A stretch of DNA of 62,867 nucleotides from Mayamaea pseudoterrestris (lineage: Eukaryota): contig BROI01000034.1 in NCBI GenBank assembly GCA_027923505.1, positions 186,001 to 248,867 of the forward strand, in the 5' to 3' direction. Below are positions 1 through 14,428 of this stretch, in pieces. Every line of letters begins with the position of its first letter. The stretch's first letter is position 1. The notes under the pieces are model-generated. The model was not told the DNA's origin and ran no database searches. It saw only the letters and a list, made by a program, of their open reading frames with translations. The translations under genes and the position numbers were made by a program.

Positions 1-3000
1 GACTGGTGACAAGTTGTCACCAAATACATTGCCATCCCCTGAGACACCAGCCAAGCCTACCATCTTGTCGCGCAGCCTGAATAATGATGTCGGCACCATT
101 CTGGTGTATTTTGGGCACCTACAGGGCTTGCTGTAGGGGCGTTTGAATGTCACAGCAACTGCGGGATGAGACTGGTGACAAGTTGTCACCAAATACATTG
201 CCATCCCCTGAGACACCAGCCAAGCCTACCATCTTGTAGCGCAGCCTGAATAATGATGTTGGCACCATTCTGGTGTATTTTGGGCACCTACAGGGCTTGC
301 TGTAGGGGCGTTTGAATGTCACGGCATCTGCAGGATGAGACTGGTGACAAGTTGTCACCAAATACATTTCCATCCCCTGAGACACCAGCCAAGCCTACCA
401 TCTTGTAGCGCAGCCTGAATAATGATGTTGGCACCATTCTGGTGTATTTTGGGCACCTGCAGGGCTTGCTGTAGGGGCATTTGAATGTCACGGCGTCTGC
501 GGGATGAGACTGGTGACAAGTTGTCACCAAATACATTGCCATCCCCTGAGACACCAGCCAAGCCTACCATCTTGTAGCGCAGCCTGAATAATGATGTTGG
601 CACCATTCTGGTGTATTTTGGGCACCTACAGGGCTTGCTGTAGGGGCGTTTGAATGTCACAGCAACTGCGGGCTGAGACTGGTGACAAGTTGTCACCAAA
701 TACATTGCCATCCCCTGAGACACCAGCCAAGCCTACCATCTTGTAGCGCAGCCTAAATAATGATGTTGGCACCATTCTGGTGTATTTTGGGCACCTACAG
801 GGCTTGCTGTAGGGGCATTTGAATGTCACGGCAACTGCGGGCTGAGACTGGTGACAAGTTGTCACCAAATACATTGCCATCCCCTGAGACACCAGCCAAG
901 CCTACCATCTTGTAGCGCAGCCTGAATAATGATGTTGGCACCATTCTGGTGTATTTTGGGCACCTACAGGGCTTGCTGTAGGGGCGTTTGAATGTCACGG
1001 CATCTGCGGGCTGAGACTGGTGACAAGTTGTCACCAAATACATTGCCATCCCCTGAGACACCAGCCAAGCCTACCATCTTGTAGCGCAGCCTAAATAATG
1101 ATGTTGGCACCATTCTGGTGTATTTTGGGCACCTACAGGGCTTGCTGTAGGGGCATTTGAATGTCACGGCAACTGCGGGCTGAGACTGGTGACAAGTTGT
1201 CACCAAATACATTGCCATCCCCTGAGACACCAGCCAAGCCTACCTTCTTGTAGCGCAGCCTGAATAATGATGTTGGCACCATTCTGGTGTATTTTGGGCA
1301 CCTACAGGGCTTGCTGTAGGGGCGTTTGAATGTCACGGCATCTGCGGGCTGAGACTGGTGACAAGTTGTCACCAAATACATTGCGATCCCCTGAGACACC
1401 AGCCAAGCCTACCATCTTGTAGCGCAGCCTGAATAATGATGTTGGCACCATTCTGGTGTATTTTGGGCACCTACAGGGCTTGCTGTAGGGGCGTTTGAAT
1501 GTCACGGCATCTGCAGGATGAGACTGGTGACAAGTTGTCCCCAAATACATTGCCATCCCCTGAGACACAGCCAAGCCTACCATCTTGTAGCGCAGCCTGA
1601 ATAATGATGTTGGCACCATTCTGGTGTATTTTGGGCACCTACAGGGCTTGCTGTAGGGGCGTTTGAATGTCACGGCATCTGTGGGCTGAGACTGGTGACA
1701 AGTTGTCACCAAATACATTGCCATCCCCTGAGACACCAGCCAAGCCTACCATCTTCTAGCGCAGCCTGAATTATGATGTTGGCACCATTCTGGTGTATTT
1801 TGGGCACCTACAGGGCTTGCTGTAGGGACGTTTGAATGTCACGGCATCTGCGGGCTGAGACTAGTGACAAGTTGTCACCAAATATGTTGCCATCCCCTGA
1901 GACACCAGCCAAGCCTACCATCTTGTAGCGCAGCCTGAATAATGATGTTGGCACCATTCTGGTGTATTTTGGGCACCTACAGGGCTTGCTGTAGGGGCGT
2001 TTGAATGTCACGGCAACTGCGGGCTGAGACTGGTGACAAGTTGTCACCAAATACATTGCCATCCCCTGAGACACCAGCCAAGCCTACCATCTTGTAGCGC
2101 AGCCTGATTAATGATGTTGGCACCATTCTGGTGTATTTTGGGCACCTACAGGGCTTGCTGTAGGGGCATTTGAATGTCACGGCATCTGCGGGATGAGACT
2201 GGTGACAAGTTGTCACCAAATACATTGCCATCCCCTGAGACACCAGCCAAGCCTACCTTCTTGTAGCGCAGCCTGAATAATGATGTTGGCACCATTCTGG
2301 TGTATTTTGGGCACCTACAGGGCTTGCTGTAGGGGCGTTTGAATGTCACGGCATCTGCGGGATGAGACTGGTGACAAGTTGTCACCAAATACATTGCCAT
2401 CCCCTGAGACACCAGCCAAGCCTACCATCTTGTAGCGCAGCCTGAATAATGATGTTGGCACCATTCTGGTGTATTTTGGGCACCTACAGGGCTTGCTGTG
2501 GTGGCGTTTGAATGTCACGGCATCTGCGGGATGAGACTGGTGACAAGTTGTCACCAAATACATTGCCATCCCCTGAGACACCAGCCAAGCCTACCATCTT
2601 GTAGCGCAGCCTGAATAATGATGTTGGCACCATTCTGGTGTATTTTGGGCACCTACAGGGCTTGCTGTAGGGGCGTTTGAATGTCACGGCATCTGCGGGC
2701 TGAGACTGGTGACAAGTTGTCACCAAATACATTGCCATCCCCTGAGACACCAGCCAAGCCTACCATCTTGTAGCGCAGCCTGAATAATGATGTTGGCACC
2801 ATTCTGGTGTATTTTGGGCACCTACAGGGCTTGCTGTAGGGCGTTTGAATGTTACGGCATCTGCGGGCTGAGACTGGTGACAAGTTGTCACCAAATACAT
2901 TGCCATCCCCTGAGACACCAGCCAAGCCTACCATCTTGTAGCGCAGCCTGAATAATGATGTTGGCACCATTCTGGTGTATTTTGGGCACCTACAGGGCTT

Positions 3001-6000
3001 GCTGTAGGGGCATTTGAATGTCACGGCATCTGCGGGATGAGACTGGTGACAAGTTGTCACCAAATACATTGCCATCCCCTGAGACACCAGCCAAGCCTAC
3101 CATCTTGTAGCGCAGCCTAAATAATGATGTTGGCACCATTCTGGTGTATTTTGGGCACCTACAGGGCTTGCTGTAGGGGCGTTTGAATGTCACGGCATCT
3201 GCGGGATGAGACTGGTGACAAGTTGTCACCAAATACATTGCCATCCCCTGAGACACCAGCCAAGCCTACCATCTTGTAGCGCAGCCTGAATAATGATGTT
3301 GGCACCATTCTGGTGTATTTTGGGCACCTACAGGGCTTGCTGTAGGGGCGTTTGAATGTCACGGCATCTGCGGGCTGAGACTGGTGACAAGTTGTCACCA
3401 AATACATTGCCATCCCCTGAGACACCAGCCAAGCCTACCATCTTGTAGCGCAGCCTGAATAATGATGTTGGCACCATTCTGGTGTATTTTGGGCACCTAC
3501 AGGGCTTGCTGTAGGGGCGTTTGAATGTCACGGCATCTGCGGGCTGAGACTGGTGACAAGTTGTCACCAAATACATTGCCATCCCCTGAGACACCAGCCA
3601 AGCCTACCATCTTGTAGCGCAGCCTGAATAATGATGTTGGCACCATTCTGGTGTATTTTGGGCACCTACAGGCCTTGCTGTAGGGGCGTTTGAATGTCAC
3701 AGCATCTGCGGGATGAGACTGGTGACAAGTTGTCACCAAATACATTGCCCCCTGAGACACCAGTCCAAGCCTACCATCTTGTAGCGCAGCCTGAATAATG
3801 ATGTTGGCACCATTCTTGTATTTGGGCACCTACAGGGCTTGCTGTAGGGGCGTTTGAATGTCACAGCATCTGCAGGCTGAGACTGGTGACAAATTGTCAC
3901 CAAATACATTGCCATTCGAGACACCAGCCAAGCCTTTTTAAGCAGCCTGAAAAATGATCTTGGCACCATTCTGGTGTAATTTGCAGGCACCTACAGGGCT
4001 TGCTGTAGGGCGTTTGAATGTCATGGCATCTGGGCTGAGACTGAGTGACAGTTGTCACCAAAATGCATTGTGCCATCCTCTGAGACACCAGCCAAGCCTA
4101 CCATGTTGTAGCGCAGCCTGAATAATGATGTTGGCACATTTCTGGTGTATTTTGGGCTACGGGCTTGCTGGAGGGGCGTTTGAATGTGCACGGCATCTGC
4201 GGGCTGAGACTGGTGACAAGTTGTCACCAAATACATTGCCATCCCCTGAGACACCAGTCAAGCCTTCCATGTTGGCAGCGCAGGCATAATGATGTTGGCA
4301 TTCTGGTAAGTGTATTTGGGCCCCCCTAAGGGCTTGCTGTAGGGGCGTTTGAATCACATCACGGCATTCGGCGGGGGCGGACTGAGTGACAAGTTGTCAC
4401 CAAATCGTCATCTGCCGACACCAAAGCCTACCATTTTGGGTAGCAGGCGGGATATTGTGTGTCCATTCTGGTGTAATTTACGTGCTGTAGGGGCGTTTGA
4501 ATGTCACGGCATTCGCGGGCTGAGACTGGTGACAAGTTGTCACCAAATGCATTGCCATTGAGACACCAGCCAAGCCTACCATCTTGTAGCGCAGCCGGAA
4601 CACTTTATTTTGGCTACAGGGCTTGCTGGGGGGGCGTTTGATGTCATGGCATATGAGGGCTGAGACTGGTGACAAGTTGTCACCAAATACATTGCCATCC
4701 CCTGAGACACCAGCCAAGCCTACCATGTTGTAGTGCAGCCTCAAAAATGATGTTGGCACCATTCTGGTGTAATTTTGGCACCTACAGGGCTTGCTGTAGG
4801 GGCGTTTGAATGTCATGGCATCTGCGTGCTGAGACTGGTGACAAGTTGTCACCAAATACATTGCCATCCCCGGAGACACCCGCCAAGCCTACCATCTTGT
4901 AGCGCAGCTGGAATAACGATGTTGGCACCATTCTGGTGTAATTTGGGCACCTACAGGGCTTGCTGTAGGGGCGTTTATATGTCATGGCATCTGCGTGCTG
5001 AGACTGGTGACAAGTTGTCACCAAATTACTCCATCCACTGATACACCAGCCAAGCCTACCATCTTGTAGCGCAGCAGGAATAATGATGTTGGCACCATTC
5101 TGGTGTAATTTAGGCACCTACAGGGCTTGCTGTAGGGTGTTTTAATGTCACGGCATCTTCGGGCTGAGATTGGTGACAAGTTGTCACCAAATACGTGCCA
5201 TCCACCTGAGACACCAGCCAAGCCACCGTCTTAGCGCAGCCTCGAACAATGATGTTGGCACCATTCTGGTGTATTTTGGGCACCACTACGGGGGCTTGCT
5301 GTAGGGGCGTTTGAATGTCATGGCATCTGCGTGCTGAGACTGGTGACGAGTTGTCACCAAATACATTGCCATCCCCTGAGACACCAGCCAAGCCTACCAT
5401 CTTGTAGTGCAGCCTGCATAATGATGTTGGCACCATTCTTGTGTATTTTTGGCACCTACAGGGCTTGCTGTAGGGGCTTTTGAATGTCATGGCATCTGTG
5501 TGCTGAGACTGGTGACAAGTTGTCACCAAATACATTGCCATCCCCTGAGAGACCCGCCAAGCCTACCATCTTGTAGCGCAGCCGGAATAATGATGTTGGC
5601 ACCATTCTGGTGTAATTTGGGCACCTACAGGGCTTGCTGTAGGGGCGTTTGAATGTCATGGCATCTGCGGGCTGAGACTGGTGACAAGTTGTCACCAAAT
5701 ACATTGCCATCCCCTGATACACCAGCCAAGCCTACCATCTTGTAGTGCAGCTGGAATAACAATGTTGGCACCATTCTGGTGTAATTTGGGCACCTACAGG
5801 GCTTGCTGTAGGGGTGTTTGAATGTCATGGCATCTGCGGGCTGAGACTGGTGACAAGTTGTCACCAAATACCCTGCACGCCCCTGAGACAACAGCCAAGC
5901 CTACCATCTTGTAGCGCAGCCTGAATTATGATGTTGGCACCATTCTGGGTGTCTGGTCAGACACCTACAGGGCTTGCTGTAGGGGCGTTTGGATGGCATC

Positions 6001-6720
6001 TGCTGTGACAAGTTGTCACCAAATACATTTCCATCCCCTGAGACACCCGCCAAGCCAACCATCTTGTTATGCAGCCCGAAAAATGATGTTGGCCCTTGGT
6101 ATTAGCACTACAGGGCTTGCTGTAGGGGCGTTTGAATGTCATGGCATCTGCGGGCTGAGACTGGTGACAAGTAGTCACCAAATACATTGCCATCCCCTGA
6201 GACACCAGCCAAGCCTACCATCTTGTAGCGCAGCTGGAATAATGATGTTGGCATGATTCTGATGTAATTTGGCCACCTACAGGGCCTGATGTAGGGGCGT
6301 TTGAATGTCATGGCATCTGCGGGCTGAGACTGGTGACAAGATGTCACCAAATACATTGCCATCCCCTGAGACACCAGCCAAGCCTACCATCTTGTAGCGC
6401 AGCTGGAATAATGATGTTGGCACCATTCTGGTTTAATTTGGGCACCTACAGGGATTGCTGTAGGGGCGTTTAATATGTAATGGCATCTGCGGGCTGAGAC
6501 TGGTGACAAGATGTCACCAAATACATTGCCATCCCCTGAGACACCAGCCAAGCCTACCATCTTGGCTTGGCCTGACGATGTTGTCATTCTGGGTGTAATT
6601 TGGGCACCTCTACAGGGCCTGATGAAAGGCGTTTGAATGTCTGTGGCATCTGCGGGCTGAGACTGGTGACAGTTGTCGCAAATACATTCTGCCATCCCTG
6701 AGACACCATTGACTACCATC
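1..6720 (+). repeat. 169-bp satellite, subfamily A (array runs off the window start)
   Basis: Head-to-tail monomer GACTGGTGACAAGTTGTCACCAAATACATTGCCATCCCCTGAGACACCAGCCAAGCCTACC...GGGCACCTACAGGGCTTGCTGTAGGGGCGTTTGAATGTCACGGCATCTGCGGGCTGA with 169-bp period (the repeated 88-aa ORFs are spaced 169 bp apart). Near-identical to ~3700, indel-rich afterwards. Right boundary is approximate and strand is an arbitrary orientation label. Confidence 0.97.
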
Positions 6721-9700
6721 TGCTGTGGGGGGTGTTTGAATGTCACGGCATCCATGGCTAGAACTGGTGACAGTTGTCACCAATATATTACCGTCCCCTG
6801 AGACGCACTAGCCAGGCATACCATCTTGTAGCGCAGCCTGAATAATGATGTTGGCACCATTCTGGTGTCATTGGGAAATACATGCCTGCTGTAGGGAGGC
6901 GTTTTGAATGTCACGGCATCTGCAGGCTGAGAGTGGTGACAAGTTGTCACCATCGTCCGTCCCCTGAGACACTAGCCAGGCATACTATCTTGTAGCGCAG
7001 CCTGAATAATGATGTTGGCACCATTCTGTGTGTTTGGAGTCATGGCCTGTCGGGGGGCGTTTGAATATCACGGCATCCATGGGCTGAGACTGGTGACAAG
7101 TTGTCACCAATATATTTTGCAATCCCCTGAGACACTAGCCAGGCATACCATCTTGTAGCGCAGCCTGGGCGTGATGTTGGCACCATTCTGTGTCATTTGG
7201 GTATAGTCATGGCCTGCTGTAGGGGCGTTTGAATGATGTCCGGCATCTGCGGGCTGAGACTGGTGACAGGGTGTCACCAATATTTACCGTCCCTGAGACA
7301 CTGTAGCTTACCATCTTGTAGCGCAGCCTGAATAATGATGTTAGCACCATTCTGGTGTCATTTGGAAGTATACATGGCCTGCCGAAGGGGCGTTTGAATG
7401 TCACGGCATCTGCATGCTGAGACTGGTGACAAGTTGTCACCAATATCTTATCCCCTGAGACACCAGCCAGGCATACCATCTTGTAACGGCCTGTAGCAAT
7501 CAAGGCACCATTCTGGTGTCATTTGGAGTGTATACATAGCCTGCTGTAGGGTTGTTTGAATGTCACAGCATCTGCGAATGAGACTGGTGACAAGTTGTCA
7601 CCAATCATCGTGCCTCCCCTGAGACACTAGCCAGGCATACCCATCTTGTAGCGCAGCCTGAATAATGATGTTGGCACCATTCTGGTGTCATTTTGGGAGT
7701 AACATTGGCCTGCTGTAAGGGTGTTTGAATGTCACGGCATCTGCAGGCTGAGAGTGGTGACAAGTTGTCACCAAACTCATTGCCATCCCCTGAGACACTA
7801 GCCAGGCCTACATCTTGTATTCTTGGCGCAGCCTGAATAATGATGTTGGCACCATTTGGTTCATTTGGGTGTGTATGCATTCTGTCGAGGGGGCGTTTGA
7901 ATGTCATGGCATCCGCGGGCTGAGACTGGTGACAAGTTGTCACCAATATCATTGCCGTCCCCTGAGACACTATCCAGGCTTACCATCTTGTAGCGCAGCC
8001 TGAATGATAGATGTTGGCACCATTCTGGCGTCATTTGGGTATAGTCATGGCCTGCTGTAGGGGCGCTTTGCAATGTCACGGCATGTCTGGGTGGCTGAGA
8101 CTGGTGACAGAAGTTGTCACCAATATATCATTGTTCCCTGAGACACTATCCAGGGGCTTACCATCTTGTAGAGCAGCCTGAATAATGATGTTTTACCATT
8201 CATCCCGGTGTCATTTGAAGGAAGTACATGGCCTGCCGGGCAAGTTTGAATCACGGCATCTGCACAAGAGACTGGTGACAAGTTGTCCCAATATCATTGC
8301 CGTCCCCTGAGACACTAGCCAGGCATACCATCTTGTAGCGCAGCCTGAATAATGATGTTAGCACCCTCCTGGTGTCATTTGGGTATAGTCATGGCCTGCT
8401 TTGCAAGGGTGTTTGAATGTCACTCATCCGCTGGAAGCTGAGACTGGTGACTAAGTGTCCCAATATTGTGCCGTCCCCTGAGACACTACCAGCATACCAT
8501 CTTGTAGCGCAGCCTGAACAATGATGTTGGCACCATTCTGGTGTCATTTGGGTGTATACATGGCCTGCTGTAGGGGCGTTTGAATGTCACGGCATCCGGG
8601 CTGAGACTCGTGACAAGTTGTCACCAATATCATTGCTGTCCCTTGAGACACTAGCCAGGCATACCATCTTGTAGCGCAGCCTGAATGATGATGTTGGCAC
8701 CATTCTGGTGTCATTTGGGAGTATACATGGCCTGCTGTAGGGGTGTTTGAATGTCACGGTGTCTGCAGGCTGAGACTGGTGACAAGTTGTCACCAATATC
8801 ATTGCAGTCCCCTGAGACACTAGCCAGGCATACCATCTTGTAGCGCAGCCTGAATAATGATGTTAGCACCATTCTGGTGTCATTTGGGTATAGTCATGGC
8901 CTGCTGTAGGGGTGTTTGAATGTCACAGCATCCGCGGGCTGAGACTGGTGACAAGTTGTCACCAATATCATTGCCGTCCCCTGAGACACTAGCCAGGCAT
9001 ACCATCTTGTAGCGCAGCCTGAACAATGATGCTGGCACCATTCTGGTGTCATTTGGGTGTATACATGGCCTGCCAAAGGGGTGTTTGAATGTCACGGCAT
9101 CTGCAGGCTGAGACTAGTGACAAGTTGTCACCAATACCATTGCCGTCCCCTGAGACACTATCCAGGCATACCATCTTGTAGCGCAGCCTGATAAATGATG
9201 TTGGCACCATTCTGGTGTCATTTGGGTGTATACATGGCCTGCTGTGGGTTGTTTGAATGTCACGGCATCTGCAGGCTGAAACTGGTGACAAGTTGTCACC
9301 AATATGATTGCCGTCCCCTGAGACACTAGCCAGGAATACCATCTTGTAGCGCAGCCTGAATAATGATGTTGGCACCATTCTGGTGTCATTTGGGAGTATA
9401 CATGGCCTGCTGTAGGGGCGTTTGAATGTCACGGCATCTGCAGGCTGAGAGTGGTGACAAGTTGTCACCAATCACATTGCCGTACCCTGAGACACTATCC
9501 AGGCATATCATCTTGTAGCGCAGCCTGCATAATGATGTTGGCACCATTCTGGTGTCATTTGGGTGTATACATAGCCTGCTGTAGGGTTGTTTGAATGTCA
9601 CAGCATCTGCAGGCTGAGACTGGTGACAAGTTGTCACCAATATCATTGCCGTCCCCTGAGACACTAGCCAGGCATATAATCTTGTAGCGCAGCCTGAATA

Positions 9701-12700
9701 ATGATGTTGGCACCATTCTGGTGTCATTTGGGTGTATACATGGCCTGCTGTAAGGGTGTTTGAATGTCACGGCATCTGCAGGCTGAGACTGAGTGACAAG
9801 TTGTCACCAATATCATTGCCATCCCCTGAGACACTAACCAGGCATACCATCTTGTAGCGCAGCCTGACTAATGGCAAGTTGGCATGGTCTGGTGTCATTT
9901 GGGTGTATACATGGCCTGCTGTAGGGTTGTTTGAATGTCACGGCATCTGCAGGCTGAGACTGGTGACAAGTTGTCACCAATATCATTGCCGTCCCCTGAG
10001 ACACTAGCCAGGCATACTATCTTGTAGCGCAGCCTGAATAATGATGTTGGCACCATTCTGGTGTCATTTGGGTGTATACATAGCCTGCTGTAGGGGTGTT
10101 TGAATGTCACAGCATCCGCGGGCTGAGACTGGTGACAAGTTGTCACCAATATCATTGCTGTCCCTTGAGACACTATCCAGGCATACCAGCTTGTAGCGCA
10201 GCCTGAATACTAATGTTGGCACCATTCTGGTGTCATTTGGGTGTATACATGGCCTGCTGTAGGGGCGTTTCAATGTCACGACATATGCAGGCTGAGACTG
10301 GTGACAAGTTGTCACCATTATCATTGCCGTCCCCTGAGACACTAGCCAGGCATAACATCTTGTGGCGCAGCCTGAATAATGATGTTGGCACCATTCTGGT
10401 GTCATTTGGGTATAGTCATGGCCTGCTGTAGGGGTGTTTAAATGTCACGGCATCCGCGGGCTGAAACTGGTGACAAGTTGTCACCAATATCATTGCCGTC
10501 CCCTGAGACACTAGCCAGGCATACCATCTTGTAGCGCAGCCTGAATAATGATATTGGCACCATTCTGGTGTCATTTGGGAGTATACATGGCCTGCTGTAG
10601 GGGCGTCGAATGTCACAGCATCTGCAGGCTGAGAGTGGTGACAAGTTGTCACCAAAATCATTGCCATCCCCTGAGACACTTGCCAGGCATACCATCTTGT
10701 AGCGCAGCCTGAATAATGATGTTGGCACCATTCTTGTGTTATTTGGGTGTATACATAGCCTGCTGTAGGGGCGTTTGAATGTCACGGCATCTGCGGGCTG
10801 AGACTGGTGACAAGTTGTCACCAATATCATTGCTGTCCCTTGAGACACTATCCAGGCATACCATCTTGTAGCGCAGCCTGAATAATGATGTTGGCACCAT
10901 TCTGGTGTCATTTGGGAGTATACATGGCCTGCCGAAGGGGCGTTTGAATGTCACGGCATCTGCAGGCTGAGACTGGTGACAAGTTGTCACCAATATCATT
11001 GCCGTCCCCTGAGACACTAGCCAGGCATACCATCTTGTAGCGCAGCCTGAATAATGATGTTAGCACCCTCCTGGTGTCATTTGGGTATAGTCATGGTCTG
11101 CTGTAGGGGTGTTTGAATGTCACTGCATCCGCGGGCTGAGACTGGTGACAAGTTGTCACCAATATTATTGCCGTCCCCTGAGACACTAGCCAGGCATACC
11201 ATCTTGTAGCGCAGCCTGAACAATGATGTTGGCACCATTCTGGTGTCATTTGGGTGTATACATGGCCTGTGGAGAGGGGCGTTTGAATGTCACGGCATCT
11301 GCAGGCTGAGACTGGTGACAAGTTGTCACCAATATCATTGCCGTCCCCTGAGACACTAGCCAGGCATACCATCTTGTAGCGCAGCCTGAATGATGATGTT
11401 GGCACCATTCTGGTGTCATTTGGGTATAGTCATGGCCTGCTGTAGGGCTGTTTGAATGTCACGGCATCTGCGGGCTGAGACTGGTGACAAGTTGTCACCA
11501 ATATCATTGCCGTCCCCTGAGACACTAGCCAGGCATACCATCTTGTAGCGCAGCCTGAATATTGATGTTGGCACCATTCTGGTGTCATTTGGGTGTATAC
11601 ATGGCCTGCTGTAGGGGCGTTTGAATGTCACGGCATCTGTAGGCTGAGACTGGTGACAAGTTATCACCAATATCATTGCAGTCCCCTGAGACACTAGCCA
11701 GGCATACCATCTTGTAGCGCAGCCTGAATAATGATGTTGGCACAATTCTGGTGTCATTTGGGTGTATACATGGCCTGCTGTAGGGTTGTTTGAATGTCAC
11801 AGCATCTGCAGGCTGAGACTGGTGACAAGTTGTCACCAATATCATTGCCGTCCCCTGAGACACTAGACAGGCATACTATCTTGTAGCGCAGCCTGAATAA
11901 TGATGTTGGCACCATTCTAGTGTCATTTGGGTGTATACATAGCCTGCTGTAGGGGCGTTTGAATGTCACGGCATCTGCGGGCTGAGACTGGTGACAAGTT
12001 GTCACCAATATCATTGCTGTCCCTTGAGACACTATCCAGGCATACCATCTTGTAGCGCAGCCTGAATAATGATGTTGGCACAATTCTGGTGTCATTTGGG
12101 TGTATACATGGCCTGCTGTAGGGTTGTTTGAATGTCACAGCATCTGCAGGCTGGGACTGGTGACAAGTTGTCACCAATATCATTGCCGTCCCCTGAGACA
12201 CTAGCCAGGCATACTATCTTGTAGCGCAGCCTGAATAATGATGTTGGCACCATTCTGGTGTCATTTGGGTTTATACATAGCCTGCTGTAGGGGCGTTTGA
12301 ATGTCACGGCATCTGCGGGCTGAGACTGGTGACAAGTTGTCACCAATATCATTGCTGTCCCTTGAGACACTATCCAGCATACCATCTTGTAGCGCAGCCT
12401 GAATAATGATGTTGGCACCATTCTGGTGTCATTTGGGAGTATACATGGCCTGCCGAAGGGGCGTTTGAATGTCACGGCATCTGCAGGCTGAGACTGGTGA
12501 CAAGTTGTCACCAATATCATTGCCGTCCCCTGAGACACTAGCCAGGCATACCATCTTGTAGCGCAGCCTGAATAATGATGTTAGCACCATTCTGGTGTCA
12601 TTTGGGTATAGTCATGGCCTGCTGTAGGGGTGTTTGAATGTCACGGCATCCGCGGGCTGAGACTGGTGACAAGTTGTCACCAATATCATTGCCATCCCCT

Positions 12701-13942
12701 GAGACACTAGCCAGGCATACCATCTTGTAGCGCAGCCTGAACAATGATGTTGGCACCATTCTGGTGTCATTTGGGTGTATACATGGCCTGCCAAAGGGGT
12801 GTTTGAATGTCACGGCATCTGCAGGCTGAGACTAGTGACAAGTTGTCACCAATACCATTGCCGTCCCCTGAGACACTATCCAGGCATACCATCTTGTAGC
12901 GCAGCCTGAATAATGATGTTGGCACCATTCTGGTGTCATTTGGGTGTATACATGGCCTGCTGTAGGGTTGTTTGAATGTCACGGCATCTGCAGGCTGAGA
13001 CTGGTGACAAGTTGTCACCAATATCATTGCCGTCCCCTGAGACACTAGCCAGGCATACCATCTTGTAGCGCAGCCTGAAAAATGATGTTGGCACCATTCT
13101 GGTGTCATTTGGGTGTATACATAGCCTGCTGTAGGGTTGTTTGAATGTCACGGCATCTGCAGGCTGAGACTGGTGACAAGTTGTCACCAATCACATTGCC
13201 GTACCCTGAGACACTATCCAGGCATATCATCTTGTAGCGCAGCCTGAATAATGATGTTGGCACCATTCTGGTGTCATTTGGGTGTGCTGTAGGTGTGTTT
13301 GAATGTTAGGGCATCTGCAGGCTGAGACTGGTGACAAGTTGTCACCAATCACATTGCCGTCCCCTGAGACACTAGCCAGGCATACCATCTTGTAGCGCAG
13401 CCTGAATAATGATGTTGGCACCATTCTGGTGTCATTTGGGTGTATACATGGCCTGCTGTAGGAGTGTTTGAATGTCACGGCATCTGCAGGCTGAGACTGG
13501 TGACAAGTTGTCACCAATATCATTGCCGTCCCCTGAGACACTAGCCAGGCATACCATCTTGTAGCGCAGCCTGAATAATGATGTTGGCACAATTCTGGTG
13601 TCATTTGGGTGTATACATAGCCTGCTATAGGGGCATTTGAATGTCACGGCATCCGCGGGCTGAGACTGGTGACAAGTTGTCACCAATATCATTGCTGTCT
13701 CCTGAGACACTAGCCAGGCATACCATCTTGTATCGCAGCCCGGAAAATTATGTTAGCACCATTCTGGTGTCATTTGGGTATATGCTTGGCCTGCTGTAGG
13801 TGTGTTTGAATGTCACGGCATCTGCAGGCTGAGACTGGTGACAAGTTGTCACCAATATCATTGCCGTCCCCTGAGACACTAGCCAGGCATAGCCGTTGCT
13901 TGCCACCTGCTGTGGGTGTGTTTGAATGTCCACCGGCATCTG
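6721..13942 (+). repeat. 169-bp satellite, subfamily B
   Basis: Same period and core, with fixed diagnostic changes: CAATATCATTGCCGTC, ACTAGCCAGGCATACC, GTGTCATTTGGGTGTATACATGGCCTGCTG. Confidence 0.95.
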
Positions 13943-13966
13943 GGATCACCATTCGTGCCGATCCCG

Positions 13967-14279
13967 TTGCAGGATGCGAACGAAAACAGCGAAAATCGGG
14001 CAAGTCACACCGAATGTCCGATAGGGTGACACAGCGGCACTCGCGGCTCACCACAGCCTCACGATCGCGTGATGCGTGGCAGCGACGGCTTCGAAGCGAT
14101 TCAACGAGCATATTGCTGAAACTAGTGCGATATAGAGTAGAAACAAGCAGACTTACTAAGCTTGAAGAGTTAAGAAAGCGATTTATTCGTCTCTCGTATT
14201 GTAGCAACTGCAAGCTTGGATTGGCCATCCAAGGACAGCTACAAGCGAAAGGTGCAACAATTTGATTTACAAGTTACAA
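13967..14279 (+). repeat. Copia-1 5' LTR (TTGCAG...TTACAA)
   Basis: Direct repeat of 20223-20535. Confidence 0.93.
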
Positions 14280-14295
14280 GATTAACACTGTCTTG
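14280..14295 (+). promoter_or_regulatory. Copia-1 primer-binding site GATTAACA-CT-GTCTTG
   Basis: Abuts the 5' LTR. The GATTAACA core is shared with the PBSs of Copia-2 and Copia-4. Confidence 0.75.
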
Positions 14296-14428
14296 AGACT
14301 CATTGCCTCGGCATAGAGACTTTATCGACGAAGAGTACTATTGATTTACGAAGTAACGTGGATGCACGTTGGTTCTTGGCCCGGAAAGTTCCGCAGGTGA
14401 TAGCAAGAACATTGTCACGACGACAACG

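Noticed and set aside
119..13710. Dozens of repeated 88-aa ORFs (MSQGMAMYLVTTCHQS...) as a gene family
   Set aside because: They are artefacts of the 169-bp period, which is not a multiple of 3. Starts are mostly GTG, the frame shifts every monomer, and variants freely create stops.
1..13942. CRISPR array (palindromic repeats)
   Set aside because: The whole monomer is repeated, there are no unique spacers or cas genes, and the context is eukaryotic.
13810..14265. ORFs overlapping the Copia-1 LTRs (also 20213-20521)
   Set aside because: They run from satellite or PPT sequence into the LTR with no recognisable domain. Their duplication merely reflects the LTRs.
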